Origin: Candidatus Wallbacteria bacterium
GTDB taxonomy: Bacteria; Muiribacteriota; UBA6191; JACPRK01
DNA length: 64,000 nucleotides
Direction of reading: 5' to 3'
Assembly: GCA_016213845.1 (NCBI GenBank)
Contig: JACQZN010000129.1
Span: forward strand, 13,268-77,267
Shown here: positions 18,142-28,396 of the stretch, in pieces
How positions within the stretch are numbered: the stretch's first letter is position 1
Layout: each line of letters starts with the position of its first letter
Notes under the pieces: generated by a model
Told to the model about the DNA's origin: nothing
What the model saw: the letters and a program-made list of their open reading frames with translations, nothing else
The model's database searches: none
Program-made: the position numbers and the translations under genes

Positions 18142-19914
18142 ATGCCCGATTCCGCGACCACGCAGCCCGCACCACCCGCCGTGGTGTCCGAGGCCGAGCT
18201 TTCCTCGCTCAAGGAGCGCCTCGACAAGATGGCGGTGCTCCTCGACGTCAGCAAGGTCATGAGCTCGGAGCGCAACCTGGACGCGCTCCTGTTCTACATC
18301 GCAGAGCAGGTCACCTTCGTGACCGACTCGGATCGCTGCAGCATCTTCCTGCTCGACCCACGCACCAACGAGCTCTGGTCCAAGGTCGCCCTCAAGGAGA
18401 AGAAGGAGATCCGGATTCCATCCAACGCCGGCCTCGTGGGCCACACGGTCACCACGGGCGAGATCGTCAACATCGAATCGGCCTACGACGATCCGCGCTT
18501 CAATCGGGACGTCGACATCGCCACCGGCTACCGCACCCGCAACCTTCTCTGCCTGCCCCTGCGCAACCTGTCGAGCAAGATTGTCGGCGCGCTCGAGGTC
18601 ATCAACAAGCACGAGGGCGCCTTCACGGAGCTCGACCGTGAGCTCCTGCAGATCTTCTGCTCACAGGCCGCCGTCGCCATCGAGAGCGCGCAGCTCTACC
18701 AGGAGAAGGAGCGCGCGCTGCTGGAGATCCGCCACAAGGTCCGCCAGCTCGACATCCTCTACAGCGTGGAAAAGGAGATCAACCTCTCCGACAACCTGGA
18801 CGAGTTCATGACGAGCGTGCTGTCGAAAGCCGCCGTCGCGCTGGCGGCCGAGGCCGGCTCGATCCTGATGCCGCTAGGGGCGGGCGGCAAGCTCTGTTTC
18901 CGCTACGTCGTCGACCAGCGGGCCGAGAAGCTGCGAGGCCTGGAGCTGGGTGCCGAAGAGGGTATTGCCACCGCGTGCTTCAAGAGCGCCCAGCCGATCA
19001 CCGTCAACGCGCCCGAGCACGAGGATCGGCATGCGGATCGCTTCGGGGAAGCGCTGGGCGTGAAGGTGCGGAACCTGGTGGCCGCCCCCTTGGTCCAGGG
19101 CGGTGAGGTCATCGGAGTGCTGGAGCTGGTCAATCGCAAGGGCGGAGACTTCACACACGAGGACGAGCGGATCGTCGACATGATCGCCACGCAGGTCTCC
19201 ACCGCCATCAACCGGCTGCGCATGCTCGAGGAAAAACAGCGGGCCACCCGGCTGGTCACGATCGGGCAAATGGCGGGAAGCATCATCCACGATTTCAAGA
19301 ACCCGATGGCCATCATCCGGGGACTGGGCGAGCTCCTGCAAAAGAGCCAGCTCCCCGAGGAAAAGCGGACGCGCTTCAGCAACATCATCATCGAGGAGGT
19401 CGATCGCTGCGTGAACATGACGCGCGACATCCTCGAGTACTGCAGCGGCGAAAAGAACTACCGCTTCCAGGCCGTGAACGTCAGCGACTTCGTCGAGGGC
19501 GTGTCGATCATCCTGGAGCACGACTTCGAGTCCGCCAACATCCGTTTCGAGCGAAAGCTCGACTACAAGGGCCCGCTGATGCTGGACATCGACAAGATGA
19601 AGCGGGTCGTCTTCAACATCTCCAACAACGCCCGCAGCGTGATGAGCGCCGGCGGCGTCTTCGCCTTCGAGTGCCGCCAGGACGGTGGGGAGATCGAGCT
19701 CCGGCTCTCGGATTCGGGCCCTGGAATCCCCCAGGAGATCCGGGCGACGGTCTTCCAGCCCTTCGTCACCATGGGAAAGAAGCACGGTACCGGACTGGGC
19801 CTGGCCATCGTGAAGGAAATCGTGGAGGCCCACAGCGGCCGGATCGAGCTGCTGGACGTCCCAGGCCGGGGCGCCGTCTTCAGCATCCGCATGCCGGTTC
19901 CGCCCCAGACTTGA
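18142..19914 (+). CDS. Cytoplasmic GAF-GAF sensor histidine kinase
   Basis: Two GAF domains; H-box HDFKNP, N-box NISNNA, DSGPG, F-box VFQPF, GTGLGL; no TM segments. Confidence 0.9.
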   Translation: MPDSATTQPAPPAVVSEAELSSLKERLDKMAVLLDVSKVMSSERNLDALLFYIAEQVTFVTDSDRCSIFLLDPRTNELWSKVALKEKKEIRIPSNAGLVGHTVTTGEIVNIESAYDDPRFNRDVDIATGYRTRNLLCLPLRNLSSKIVGALEVINKHEGAFTELDRELLQIFCSQAAVAIESAQLYQEKERALLEIRHKVRQLDILYSVEKEINLSDNLDEFMTSVLSKAAVALAAEAGSILMPLGAGGKLCFRYVVDQRAEKLRGLELGAEEGIATACFKSAQPITVNAPEHEDRHADRFGEALGVKVRNLVAAPLVQGGEVIGVLELVNRKGGDFTHEDERIVDMIATQVSTAINRLRMLEEKQRATRLVTIGQMAGSIIHDFKNPMAIIRGLGELLQKSQLPEEKRTRFSNIIIEEVDRCVNMTRDILEYCSGEKNYRFQAVNVSDFVEGVSIILEHDFESANIRFERKLDYKGPLMLDIDKMKRVVFNISNNARSVMSAGGVFAFECRQDGGEIELRLSDSGPGIPQEIRATVFQPFVTMGKKHGTGLGLAIVKEIVEAHSGRIELLDVPGRGAVFSIRMPVPPQT

Positions 19915-20065
19915 GGCCTCGTCGGCGCTTGTCGGCAACCCGTCGGTGCGGGGCAGACCGCCCCTTCGACACAACCGCTAGGCAGCCGCCCTTTGCCGAC
20001 CGGACCTGGTGTAACCACCTTGGCTCGGGATCGGGCAGAAGACGCCCCGACCCGCCCGCAGCCCC

Positions 20066-20100
20066 CCTTCCCCCTTCCATCTTCTACCTTCCACCTTCTC
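20066..20100. repeat. Five degenerate 7-bp pyrimidine-rich units upstream of the tRNA promoter
   Basis: CCTTCCC, CCTTCCA, TCTTCTA, CCTTCCA, CCTTCTC. Confidence 0.7.
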
Positions 20101-20101
20101 C

Positions 20102-20130
20102 TTGCCTTGCCCCCTCCTCTCTGCTAGTAT
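20102..20130 (+). promoter_or_regulatory. sigma70 promoter of tRNA-Pro
   Basis: TTGCCT (20102-20107), 17 bp spacer, TAGTAT (20125-20130) with extended TG. Confidence 0.65.
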
Positions 20131-20159
20131 GGTCTGACTGAATGGAATCCTGAAAATGT

Positions 20160-20236
20160 CGGGGCGTGGCGCAGTCTGGTAGCGTACTTGAATGGGGTTC
20201 AAGTGGTCGCTGGTTCGAATCCAGTCGCCCCGACCA
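20160..20236 (+). tRNA. tRNA-Pro (GGG)
   Basis: Acceptor stem CGGGGCG/CGCCCCG + A-CCA; anticodon stem CTTGA/TCAAG with loop ATGGGGT; T-loop GGTTCGAATCC. Confidence 0.97.
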
Positions 20237-20243
20237 CCAAGGC

Positions 20244-20280
20244 AGGGGCCTGGGCTGCACTAGGAGCCCCGGCCCCTTTT
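20244..20280 (+). terminator. Intrinsic terminator after tRNA-Pro
   Basis: AGGGGCC-TGGGCT pairs with AGCCC-C-GGCCCCT, followed by a T-run. Confidence 0.7.
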
Positions 20281-20326
20281 ACTCCCTAGCGGTGACCCGC
20301 CGCGACGCGGGAGAGGCAAGAGGGCC

Positions 20327-20722
20327 ATGGCCGACTACCAGAATCCCATCCTGATCGTCGATGACGACAGTCTCATCCTGGAGACCGTCACCGACGTGCT
20401 TCGGATGGAGGGCTTCAACACCATCGGCACCACCGACAGCCTCTCGGTCCCTTCGATCCTGGAGGCCAACCCCGTCGAGATCGTCGTCAGCGACGTGAAC
20501 ATGCCGAACATGGACGGCCTGCAGCTGCTCGACGAGATCAACAAGCTCGAGCCCAAGCTGGGTCGCCACTTTCTGGTGATCATCCTGACGGGGACCGGCA
20601 ACGAGTGGAAGGCGCTGGAGGCCGTCAAGAAGGGCGCGTTCCAGTACCTCTCCAAGCCGTTCAACATCGACTACTTCACCAACACCGTGAAGCGCGCCAT
20701 CCTGCAGCTGCGGCTGCCCTGA
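20327..20722 (+). CDS. Single-domain response regulator
   Basis: ILIVDDD, VVSDVNMP, ILTG, YLSKPF. Confidence 0.9.
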   Translation: MADYQNPILIVDDDSLILETVTDVLRMEGFNTIGTTDSLSVPSILEANPVEIVVSDVNMPNMDGLQLLDEINKLEPKLGRHFLVIILTGTGNEWKALEAVKKGAFQYLSKPFNIDYFTNTVKRAILQLRLP

Positions 20723-20759
20723 GCGCTCCCTGAGCGCGGAAGTCCCAGGGTGCATCGAC

Positions 20760-23015
20760 GTGCGTGAGCGGTCTGCAGTCGCAGGGAAGGCCTGGCTCGC
20801 TCTTGTCTTCGCCCTCGCCCTGGCGACACCCGCCGAGGCCAATCTGGAGGAGGCCCGGGCCTACTTCAGGCTCGGCAAGTTCCAGAAGGCGCTCGAGGTC
20901 ATCGAGCAGGTCTCCCCACCGCCGCCCGAGCTGCTCCTGATCAAGGCCGATTGCCTGCAACAGCTGGAGCGCTTCTCCGAGGCGCTGACCGTGCTGCGCG
21001 ACCTCATCCGAAAGTTCCCGACGAACGCGCACGCCGTACGCGCACGCCAGAAGGAACTTGAGCTTCTGGAACGTATGCGCGACTTTCCGGCCCTGGTGAC
21101 CGCGCTGGAAGCCGCTTTCGCGGCCGACGGCCAGCCCGATTCGCCCTTCCTCAAGGATCTGGCGCTGGCCCACGTGCGGGCCGGCCACCCTCAGAAAGCC
21201 ATCGAGCTCCTGGAGAAGCACCCGACGACCCGCAATCTGAACCTGCTCTGCGGCATCCTCAAGGACAGCGGACTGCTCGCCTCCTTCCTGACCGACCGGG
21301 AGAAGGCCTTTGACGGCGAGCTGCAGCGAGCCCGCATCCTCGGCGAGCTCTTTGCCGCCGCGCAGGACCCTGCCAAGGCCAAGAAGTACCTGGAGCTTGC
21401 AGCACCCGTCGAGGAGACGCTGCTCCGTCTGGCCGAAGTGTCGAAAGCTCTGAAGGACCTTCCGGGTCAGATTGCCTGCTACGAGAAGCTCATCGCGCTC
21501 GCCAAGAAAGGCCCCTACTACGAGAAGCTGGGAGAGCTGTACCTGGCGCGCGGCGAGACGCCTCGGGCCCACGCCACCTGGCGCGGACTGCTGGCGTCCC
21601 AGGGCGACACCCCGGAGACCTACACCTGGCTGGCACGCGTCTTCCTCGATCACGGCTTCAAGACGGAGGCGCTCGAGGTGCTGATGCAGGGCCGGCTGAA
21701 GCTGGCCGACCCGAACCTGTTCCGCAAGGAGGCCGCAGAGTGCCATGCCGCGCTCGCCAACTTCCAGCAAGCCTGCGCCGAGTATCTGGAGCTGGCCCCG
21801 AGCGGATTCGACGCCGTCAAGGCGCCGCTGATCGCCCTTGCCGGCACCTCGGAGGAGGCCTTCAAGGCCTGCGCCGCAACTCTCACCGCCGCCGTCACCG
21901 CCACCCCCCGATTGCCGGAGTACTACTTCCTCGCCATCGAAGTGCTGAGAGTCCGCGGTTACGGCCCCGAGATCCAGGCGCTCGTCGACCGGCTCTGCGA
22001 CACCTTCGAGTCGATCCCCCGAGAGCTCCTCGGCTTCGGTCTGGAGCTCCAGTCGGCCGGCCGCCTGGAAGAGGCCTTGCGAGTCTACGGCCGCCTGGCC
22101 GCCGTGGCCCGGGAGGCAGACCTCTGGGACACCCTGCTGGCCCAAGCCTCGGCCTTGCGCGCCTGGGGCAAGCAGGCCGACGCGCTCTCGAGCCTCGATC
22201 GACTCAAGTCGGCGGGCGCCATCGCCGCGTTCCTGACGCGCGCCGAATCCCTCCGCGGCGAGATCCTGCTCTACGACTTGCGGCGGTTCTCCGATGCCCG
22301 CATCGTCTTCGAGTCCCTGGTGGCGGCGAACCCGGCGGCCATCGACCGCCCCCTGTGGATGCTCTCGTCGGCTCGCGCGGCGATGGGCACCCTCGACTAC
22401 ACCTCGGCCAGACGCCTCCTGGAATCCCTTGCCGAAAACGCCAGGGTCGACGTCCGGCTCCCTTCCGTGTTTCTCCTGGGATACCTGGCGCGGCTCGACG
22501 GCCGATTCGACGACGCCCTGGAGCGCTTCACCTCGATCACGATGGAGGACACGGCTTCGACCGTCGCCAACGACGCCCTGGCGAGCATCCTGTTCCTGAC
22601 GACCCACCCGGTACCGAAGGATGACCAGCCGCTATTGCGCGCGTACTTCCAGCTGGAGCACTTCCTGGAGCTGGGCCTTCTCGATCGCTACGAGCAGGCC
22701 GCCGCCGCCGTGGATCCGTCGAAGATCCCGCCGGCGCTAGCGGCCGACTTCCTCTACCTGCAAGGCCGGGCGTTCCGCATGCAAGGCAAGCCCGAAGACT
22801 CGGCGCGATCCTACGAGCTCTTGCTCCAGAAGTTCGCCGACAGCCCTCGCGCCCCCGAGGCGATGCTGACGTTGGCCGAGCTGTTCGAGGGCGAGCTGAA
22901 GCATCCGGAAAAGGCGTCGAAAGTCCTGAAGGACTACCTGCTGGCGAATCCTTCCAGTCTCCGGCTGGAGGAGGTCCGCGGCCGAATCGAAAAGTTGGAC
23001 AAACCCAGGAGTTGA
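20760..23015 (+). CDS. Large exported TPR-repeat protein
   Basis: Signal peptide ending PAEA; many TPR-like helical pairs; C-terminal KFADSPRAPEAML resembling YbgF/BamD-type TPRs. Confidence 0.75.
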   Translation: MRERSAVAGKAWLALVFALALATPAEANLEEARAYFRLGKFQKALEVIEQVSPPPPELLLIKADCLQQLERFSEALTVLRDLIRKFPTNAHAVRARQKELELLERMRDFPALVTALEAAFAADGQPDSPFLKDLALAHVRAGHPQKAIELLEKHPTTRNLNLLCGILKDSGLLASFLTDREKAFDGELQRARILGELFAAAQDPAKAKKYLELAAPVEETLLRLAEVSKALKDLPGQIACYEKLIALAKKGPYYEKLGELYLARGETPRAHATWRGLLASQGDTPETYTWLARVFLDHGFKTEALEVLMQGRLKLADPNLFRKEAAECHAALANFQQACAEYLELAPSGFDAVKAPLIALAGTSEEAFKACAATLTAAVTATPRLPEYYFLAIEVLRVRGYGPEIQALVDRLCDTFESIPRELLGFGLELQSAGRLEEALRVYGRLAAVAREADLWDTLLAQASALRAWGKQADALSSLDRLKSAGAIAAFLTRAESLRGEILLYDLRRFSDARIVFESLVAANPAAIDRPLWMLSSARAAMGTLDYTSARRLLESLAENARVDVRLPSVFLLGYLARLDGRFDDALERFTSITMEDTASTVANDALASILFLTTHPVPKDDQPLLRAYFQLEHFLELGLLDRYEQAAAAVDPSKIPPALAADFLYLQGRAFRMQGKPEDSARSYELLLQKFADSPRAPEAMLTLAELFEGELKHPEKASKVLKDYLLANPSSLRLEEVRGRIEKLDKPRS

Positions 23016-23036
23016 CCCACCACACGGAGGAGCCCC

Positions 23037-24215
23037 TTGAAAATCCACGAGTACCAGGCCAAGGAGATCTTGAGAAAGTACGGACTTCCGGTCCCTCGAG
23101 GCGCCATCGCCCGGACGCCTGCCGACGCCGCGAAGGTGGCGCAGGAGCTGGGCGCGCCGAAGATCGTCGTGAAGGCCCAGATCCACGCAGGCGGGCGCGG
23201 CAAGGGCGGCGGCATCAAGCTGGCGTCCAGCCCCGCCGAGGCCGGGGAGCTGGCCGAGAAGATGCTCGGCATGACGCTCGTCACGCCGCAGACCGGCCCC
23301 AGCGGACGCAAGGTGCATACGCTCTTGATCGAGGAAGGGCTCGAGATTGCGCGAGAGCTCTACCTGGCCGTGGTGCTGGACCGTGCCAGGGAGCGGCTGG
23401 TCCTGATGGCCAGCCCCGCAGGCGGCATGGACATCGAGGAAGTCGCCGCGCATACGCCGGAGAAGATCTTCCGCGAGCACATCGCTCCGGACGTGGGGCT
23501 CTGCGACTTCCAGGCGCGCAGCCTGGCCTATCGCCTCGAGCTGCCCCCGGAGGCCGTCCGGTCCTTCTGCAGCGTGGTCAGCGCGCTGGTGCGCGTCTTC
23601 ATCGGTGAGGACGCCAGCCTGGCCGAGATCAACCCTCTGGTCTTGACCAAGCAGAACACGGTCCTGCCACTCGACTGCAAGCTCAACCTGGACGACAACG
23701 GCCTCTACCGCCACCGCGACAACGCCGCCTATCGGGACCTGGCCGAGGAAGACGCGCTGGAGGTGCAGGCCTCGGAGCATAACCTCAACTACATCCGGCT
23801 CGACGGCAACGTCGGCTGCATGGTGAACGGCGCCGGCCTGGCGATGGCCACGATGGACCTGATCAAGCTGGCGGGGGGGGAACCGGCCAACTTCCTCGAC
23901 GTCGGCGGAGGCGCCTCGGCCAAGTCGGTCGAAAACGCCTTCCGCATCATCCGCTCCGACCCCAAGGTGAAGGCCATCCTCATCAACATCTTCGGCGGCA
24001 TCGTCCGCTGCGACCGCGTGGCGAGCGGCGTCATCGAGGCGGCGCGCAAGATCGAGCTCGACATCCCCGTCGTCGTGCGGCTGGAAGGCACCAATGCCGA
24101 GGAGGCCGAGAAGCTCCTGGCCGGCTCCGGACTGAAGATCGAGCAGGCCAAGGGACTGGCCGACGCGGCGCGCAAGGCAGTCGCCGCGGCGACTGCGACG
24201 CCGTCAAACAAGTGA
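23037..24215 (+). CDS. sucC: Succinyl-CoA synthetase beta subunit
   Basis: [49 protein letters not shown]. Confidence 0.98.
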   Translation: MKIHEYQAKEILRKYGLPVPRGAIARTPADAAKVAQELGAPKIVVKAQIHAGGRGKGGGIKLASSPAEAGELAEKMLGMTLVTPQTGPSGRKVHTLLIEEGLEIARELYLAVVLDRARERLVLMASPAGGMDIEEVAAHTPEKIFREHIAPDVGLCDFQARSLAYRLELPPEAVRSFCSVVSALVRVFIGEDASLAEINPLVLTKQNTVLPLDCKLNLDDNGLYRHRDNAAYRDLAEEDALEVQASEHNLNYIRLDGNVGCMVNGAGLAMATMDLIKLAGGEPANFLDVGGGASAKSVENAFRIIRSDPKVKAILINIFGGIVRCDRVASGVIEAARKIELDIPVVVRLEGTNAEEAEKLLAGSGLKIEQAKGLADAARKAVAAATATPSNK

Positions 24216-24249
24216 GCGGACCCATCGAGTCGAAAAGGACACGCAAGAC

Positions 24250-25125
24250 ATGAGCATCCTCGTAGATCGCAACACCCGCCTGGTCGTGCAGGGAATCACC
24301 GGCAGCGAAGGCAGCTTCCACACCCGCCAGGCCGTCGAGTACGGCACCAAAGTCGTCGCCGGCGTCACGCCCGGCAAGGCCGGCGAGAAGTTCGACGGCA
24401 TTCCAATCTTCAACACCGTGCGCGACGCCGTCCGCGAGTCCGGCGCCAACACGAGCGTCATCTTCGTCCCGGCGCCCTTCGCAGCCGACGCCGTGCTCGA
24501 GGCCGCCGACGCGGGCGTGGAGCTCGTCATCTGCATCACAGAAGGCATCCCGGCACTCGACATGGTGCGCGTGAAGAACCACATCCGCGGCACACGCACC
24601 CGAATGATCGGCCCCAACTGCCCGGGCGTCATCTCCCCCGGCAAGTGCAAGGTCGGCATCATGCCCGGCTTCATCCACCGGGAGGGCTCCATCGGCGTGA
24701 TCAGCCGCAGTGGGACTCTCACCTACGAAGCCGTCGCCCAGCTGACCGCCCAGGGGCTAGGCCAGTCGACCTGCGTCGGCATCGGGGGCGACCCCGTCGC
24801 CGGCAGCCAGTTCGTGGACATCCTGAAGCTCTTCAAGGACGATCCCGCTACCGAGGCCGTCGTGATGATCGGCGAGATCGGAGGCAGCGCCGAGGAAGAG
24901 GCCGCCGCCTTCGTGAAGGCCGGCTTTACAAAGCCCGTCGTCGGCTTCATCGCCGGCCGCACGGCCCCTCCCGGCCGGCGCATGGGCCACGCAGGCGCCA
25001 TCATCGCGGGCGGCAAGGGGACGGCCAAGGAGAAGATGGAGGCCCTGGAGCATGCCGGGATCCATGTCGCGGAGAGCCCCGCGGATATCGGCGTCACGAT
25101 GGCGCGCGCGCTGAAGAAGAACTGA
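24250..25125 (+). CDS. sucD: Succinyl-CoA synthetase alpha subunit
   Basis: [28 protein letters not shown] (phospho-His). Confidence 0.98.
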   Translation: MSILVDRNTRLVVQGITGSEGSFHTRQAVEYGTKVVAGVTPGKAGEKFDGIPIFNTVRDAVRESGANTSVIFVPAPFAADAVLEAADAGVELVICITEGIPALDMVRVKNHIRGTRTRMIGPNCPGVISPGKCKVGIMPGFIHREGSIGVISRSGTLTYEAVAQLTAQGLGQSTCVGIGGDPVAGSQFVDILKLFKDDPATEAVVMIGEIGGSAEEEAAAFVKAGFTKPVVGFIAGRTAPPGRRMGHAGAIIAGGKGTAKEKMEALEHAGIHVAESPADIGVTMARALKKN

Positions 25126-25130
25126 TCGCG

Positions 25131-26360
25131 ATGGCAGCCCCCAGAGCCTTCGAGCTGACCATCGACGAGGAGCTGGCGGTCTTCGCCAAGGGGTCCGTCG
25201 ACCTCATCGAAACCGGCGAGCTCCGTGCCCGGCTCGAGCAGTGGCGCAAGGACTCCGTGCCCTTGAAGATCAAGCTCGGGGCGGATCCCAGCGCGCCCGA
25301 CATCCATCTGGGACACACCGTCGTCCTGTACAAGATGGCGGAGCTGCAGCGGCTGGGGCACGAGGTCCATTTCCTCATCGGTGATTTCACCGGCCGCATC
25401 GGTGACCCCACCGGCCGCTCCGAGACGAGGCGCCAGCTCACCGAGGACGAGATCCGCGCCAACGCCGAGACCTACGCTCGCCAGATCCACAAGATTCTGG
25501 ACCCCGAGCGGACCGTCATAGACTTCAACTCGAGCTGGCTGGCCCCGATGAGCTTCGTCGACGTCATCGGACTGGGCGCGCGCTACACCGTGGCCCGATT
25601 GCTGGAGCGCGACGACTTCTCGAAGCGCTTCGCCGACGGCCGCCCCATCCACGTGCACGAGCTCTTCTACCCGCTGATGCAGGGCTACGACTCCGTGGCC
25701 ATGAAGACCGACGTGGAGCTCGGCGGCACCGATCAGAAGTTCAACCTCCTGGTGGGCCGCGACCTGCAACGAGCCTGGGGCCAGCGCCCTCAGATCGTGT
25801 TGACCATGCCGCTCCTCGAAGGACTCGACGGCGTCCAAAAGATGTCCAAGAGCCTGGGCAACACCGTCGGCATCGACGAGCCTCCCGAAGCCATGTACGG
25901 CAAGCTGATGTCCGTGTCCGACGAGCTCATGTGGAAGTACATGCTGCTGCTGACCGACAGGACGGCCGCCCAGGTGGAGGAGCTCCGAAGACAGGTGAAA
26001 GAAGAGTCGGCGCATCCAATGAAGGTGAAGGCGGACCTTGCGGCCCGGATCGTGGCGTCCTACCACGGCGAAGCCGGCGCCCGTCGCGGTGCGGAGGAGT
26101 TTGCGCGTGTCCACCAGAAGCGCGAGATGCCGGCGGAGATGCCCTCGATCGCCCTGGAAGAGCTCGAGGGGCCGACCATCTGGATCGTCCGACTCCTTTC
26201 GCGACTCTTCGCGATCTCCTCTAGCGACGCGCGCCGCCAGGTGGCCGCGGGCGCCGTTCGCGTCGACGGCGAGCGCGTCTCCGACGCCGCCGCGCAGATC
26301 CCGCTGACACGCGGAATGGTCGTGCAGCTCGGCAAGCACCGCTTCCATCGCGTCGTTTGA
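25131..26360 (+). CDS. tyrS: Tyrosyl-tRNA synthetase
   Basis: DPSAPDIHLGH, YPLMQGYD, GGTDQKFN, KMSKS, C-terminal S4 domain. Confidence 0.97.
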   Translation: MAAPRAFELTIDEELAVFAKGSVDLIETGELRARLEQWRKDSVPLKIKLGADPSAPDIHLGHTVVLYKMAELQRLGHEVHFLIGDFTGRIGDPTGRSETRRQLTEDEIRANAETYARQIHKILDPERTVIDFNSSWLAPMSFVDVIGLGARYTVARLLERDDFSKRFADGRPIHVHELFYPLMQGYDSVAMKTDVELGGTDQKFNLLVGRDLQRAWGQRPQIVLTMPLLEGLDGVQKMSKSLGNTVGIDEPPEAMYGKLMSVSDELMWKYMLLLTDRTAAQVEELRRQVKEESAHPMKVKADLAARIVASYHGEAGARRGAEEFARVHQKREMPAEMPSIALEELEGPTIWIVRLLSRLFAISSSDARRQVAAGAVRVDGERVSDAAAQIPLTRGMVVQLGKHRFHRVV

Positions 26361-26423
26361 CTTCGCTGCCCTGCCCAGGACACTCTGGACGAATCCACTC
26401 GGATCAGGAAAGGAACCCCGGAG

Positions 26424-28382
26424 ATGAGCGAACCCAACTCCATCCAGGTCACACTCCCCGACGGCAAGGTCGTCCCAGCGGCCTCCGGCAGCACCCCGCT
26501 CGACATCGCCAGCGGCATCGGCAAGGGCCTGGCCAAGGCCGCCATCGGCGCCCGCGTCGACGGGCAGCTCGTCGACGTCACCCGTCCGCTCACGGCCGAC
26601 TGCGTGCTGGAGATCGTGACGCTCAAGTCGAAAGGCGCCGAGGAGATCTTCCGCCACACGATGACGCACATCATGGCCGCCGCCGTGAAACGCCTCCATC
26701 CGGGCACGGCGCTCGGCGTCGGCCCCGTCATCGAGAACGGGTTCTACTACGACTTCGGGCTCCCCTCGGCAATCACCGAGGAGGAGCTCGAGAAGATCGC
26801 CCGCGAGATGGAGAAGATCATCGCCGAAGACTCCCCCGTGATCCGGGAGGAGCTTTCCCGCGACGCTGCGCGCGCCCTAATGGAGAAGGAAGGAGAGCCG
26901 CTCAAGGTCGAGCTCATCGACGGCTTCGGCGACCCCCGCGTCAGCTTCTACCGCATGGGCGATTTCGTGGACATGTGCCGGGGACCCCACCTGCCCCGCA
27001 CCGGCGTACTGAAGCACTTCAAACTGCTCTCCGTCGCGGGCGCCTACTGGAAGGGCGACGCCAAGAACCGCCAGCTCCAGCGCGTCTACGGCACGGCCTT
27101 TGCCTCCAAGGAAGAGCTGCAGGCGCACATCGACTTCCTGGAAGAGGCCCGCAAGCGTGACCACCGCAAGATCGGCAAGGAGATGGATCTCTTCAGCTTC
27201 CACCTGGAGGGGCCCGGCTTCCCGTTCTTCCACCCCAAGGGGACGCTGCTCTATCAGACACTGCTCGACTTCTGGCGTGCCGAGCACCGCAAGCGCGGGT
27301 ACGTGGAGGTGACGACGCCGCTGGTGCTGAACGAGCAGCTCTGGCACCGCAGCGGCCACTGGGACAACTACAAGGAGAACATGTATTTCGTCGACATCGA
27401 GGGCGAGGGGTACGCCATCAAGCCGATGAACTGTCCCGGCCACTGCCTGATCTACAAGAATCGCGGCCACTCCTACCGAGACCTCCCGATCCGGATGATG
27501 GAACCCGGGCGCGTCCATCGCCACGAGCTCTCGGGCGTGATGCACGGGCTGTTCCGGGTCCGCACGTTCGCCATCGACGACGCGCACATCTACTGCGCCC
27601 CCGATCAGATCCAGGACGAGGTGCTCGGCGTGATCGAGCTGATCCTCAGCACCTACCGCACCTTCGGATTCAGCGGCTTTCGCATCGAGCTGTCGACACG
27701 GCCCGCCAAGCGGGTCGGTACCGATGAGATGTGGGACAAGGCGGAGGCCGCCTTGGAGCAGGCGCTGGTTCTGGCTCGCGACAAGGTCAAGGCCGATCTC
27801 GGGATGGAGCTGCCCGAGCACGCCATCAACCCCGGCGACGGTGCGTTCTACGGTCCGAAGATCGACTTCCACATCAAGGACTGCATCGGCCGTACCTGGC
27901 AGTGCGGGACGGTGCAGCTCGACTTCTCGATGCCCGAGCGATTCGACCTGGAGTTCGTCGGCAGCGACAACGCCAAGCACCGGCCCGTCATGATCCACCG
28001 CGCTGCGTTCGGCAGCTTCGAGCGCTTCCTGGGAATCCTCATCGAACACTACGCAGGCAAGTTCCCGCTCTGGCTGGCGCCCGTGCAGGCCCTGGTGATG
28101 ACGGTCACGAGCGATCAGAACGAGTACGGCCGCGAAGTGGGGAAGGCTCTCAGGGAGCTGGGAGTCCGCGTCGAGGAAGATCTGCGCAACGAGAAGATCG
28201 GCTACAAGATTCGCGAGGGCCAGCTGGCGCGAGTGCCGCTGATGATCGTGCTGGGCAAGGCCGAAGCGGAGAAGCGCTCATTGACGGTGCGGCTGGGCAA
28301 CGGCCGCAACATCGGAGATCTGAACCTCGACACGTTCATGGAGCAGGTTTTCCGCAAGCACTTCAGGGAAGTCCCCCAGTAG
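26424..28382 (+). CDS. thrS: Threonyl-tRNA synthetase
   Basis: TGS domain, DMCRGPH, RDHRKIG, KPMNCPGH, GAFYGPKID, WQCGTVQLDF. Confidence 0.98.
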   Translation: MSEPNSIQVTLPDGKVVPAASGSTPLDIASGIGKGLAKAAIGARVDGQLVDVTRPLTADCVLEIVTLKSKGAEEIFRHTMTHIMAAAVKRLHPGTALGVGPVIENGFYYDFGLPSAITEEELEKIAREMEKIIAEDSPVIREELSRDAARALMEKEGEPLKVELIDGFGDPRVSFYRMGDFVDMCRGPHLPRTGVLKHFKLLSVAGAYWKGDAKNRQLQRVYGTAFASKEELQAHIDFLEEARKRDHRKIGKEMDLFSFHLEGPGFPFFHPKGTLLYQTLLDFWRAEHRKRGYVEVTTPLVLNEQLWHRSGHWDNYKENMYFVDIEGEGYAIKPMNCPGHCLIYKNRGHSYRDLPIRMMEPGRVHRHELSGVMHGLFRVRTFAIDDAHIYCAPDQIQDEVLGVIELILSTYRTFGFSGFRIELSTRPAKRVGTDEMWDKAEAALEQALVLARDKVKADLGMELPEHAINPGDGAFYGPKIDFHIKDCIGRTWQCGTVQLDFSMPERFDLEFVGSDNAKHRPVMIHRAAFGSFERFLGILIEHYAGKFPLWLAPVQALVMTVTSDQNEYGREVGKALRELGVRVEEDLRNEKIGYKIREGQLARVPLMIVLGKAEAEKRSLTVRLGNGRNIGDLNLDTFMEQVFRKHFREVPQ

Positions 28383-28396
28383 GAGGGTCCGCCGAC

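Noticed and set aside
20160-20236. tRNA-Pro as an island integration site
   Set aside because: No integrase, no duplicated tRNA 3' end noticed and no compositional break.
19978-20354. ORFs 19978..20202 (-) and 20166..20354 (+)
   Set aside because: Both are shadow translations of tRNA-Pro.
20676-22607. Long antisense or alternate-frame ORFs (also 24723..26699, 30208..31965, 34193..35917, 48111..49835, 56163..58226, 58843..61035)
   Set aside because: They fully overlap well-supported genes, have Arg/Gly/Ala/Pro-biased composition and no motifs, and are expected at this GC and codon bias.
23873-23880. G8 tract in sucC as a phase-variation site
   Set aside because: It is in frame (GCG GGG GGG GAA) in a conserved motif of a housekeeping gene.
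24645-25130. Extended TyrS (571 aa); likewise extended Maf (27731) and GatC (42151)
   Set aside because: These are open off-frames of the upstream genes in GC-rich DNA; the real starts are 25131, about 28397 and 42784.
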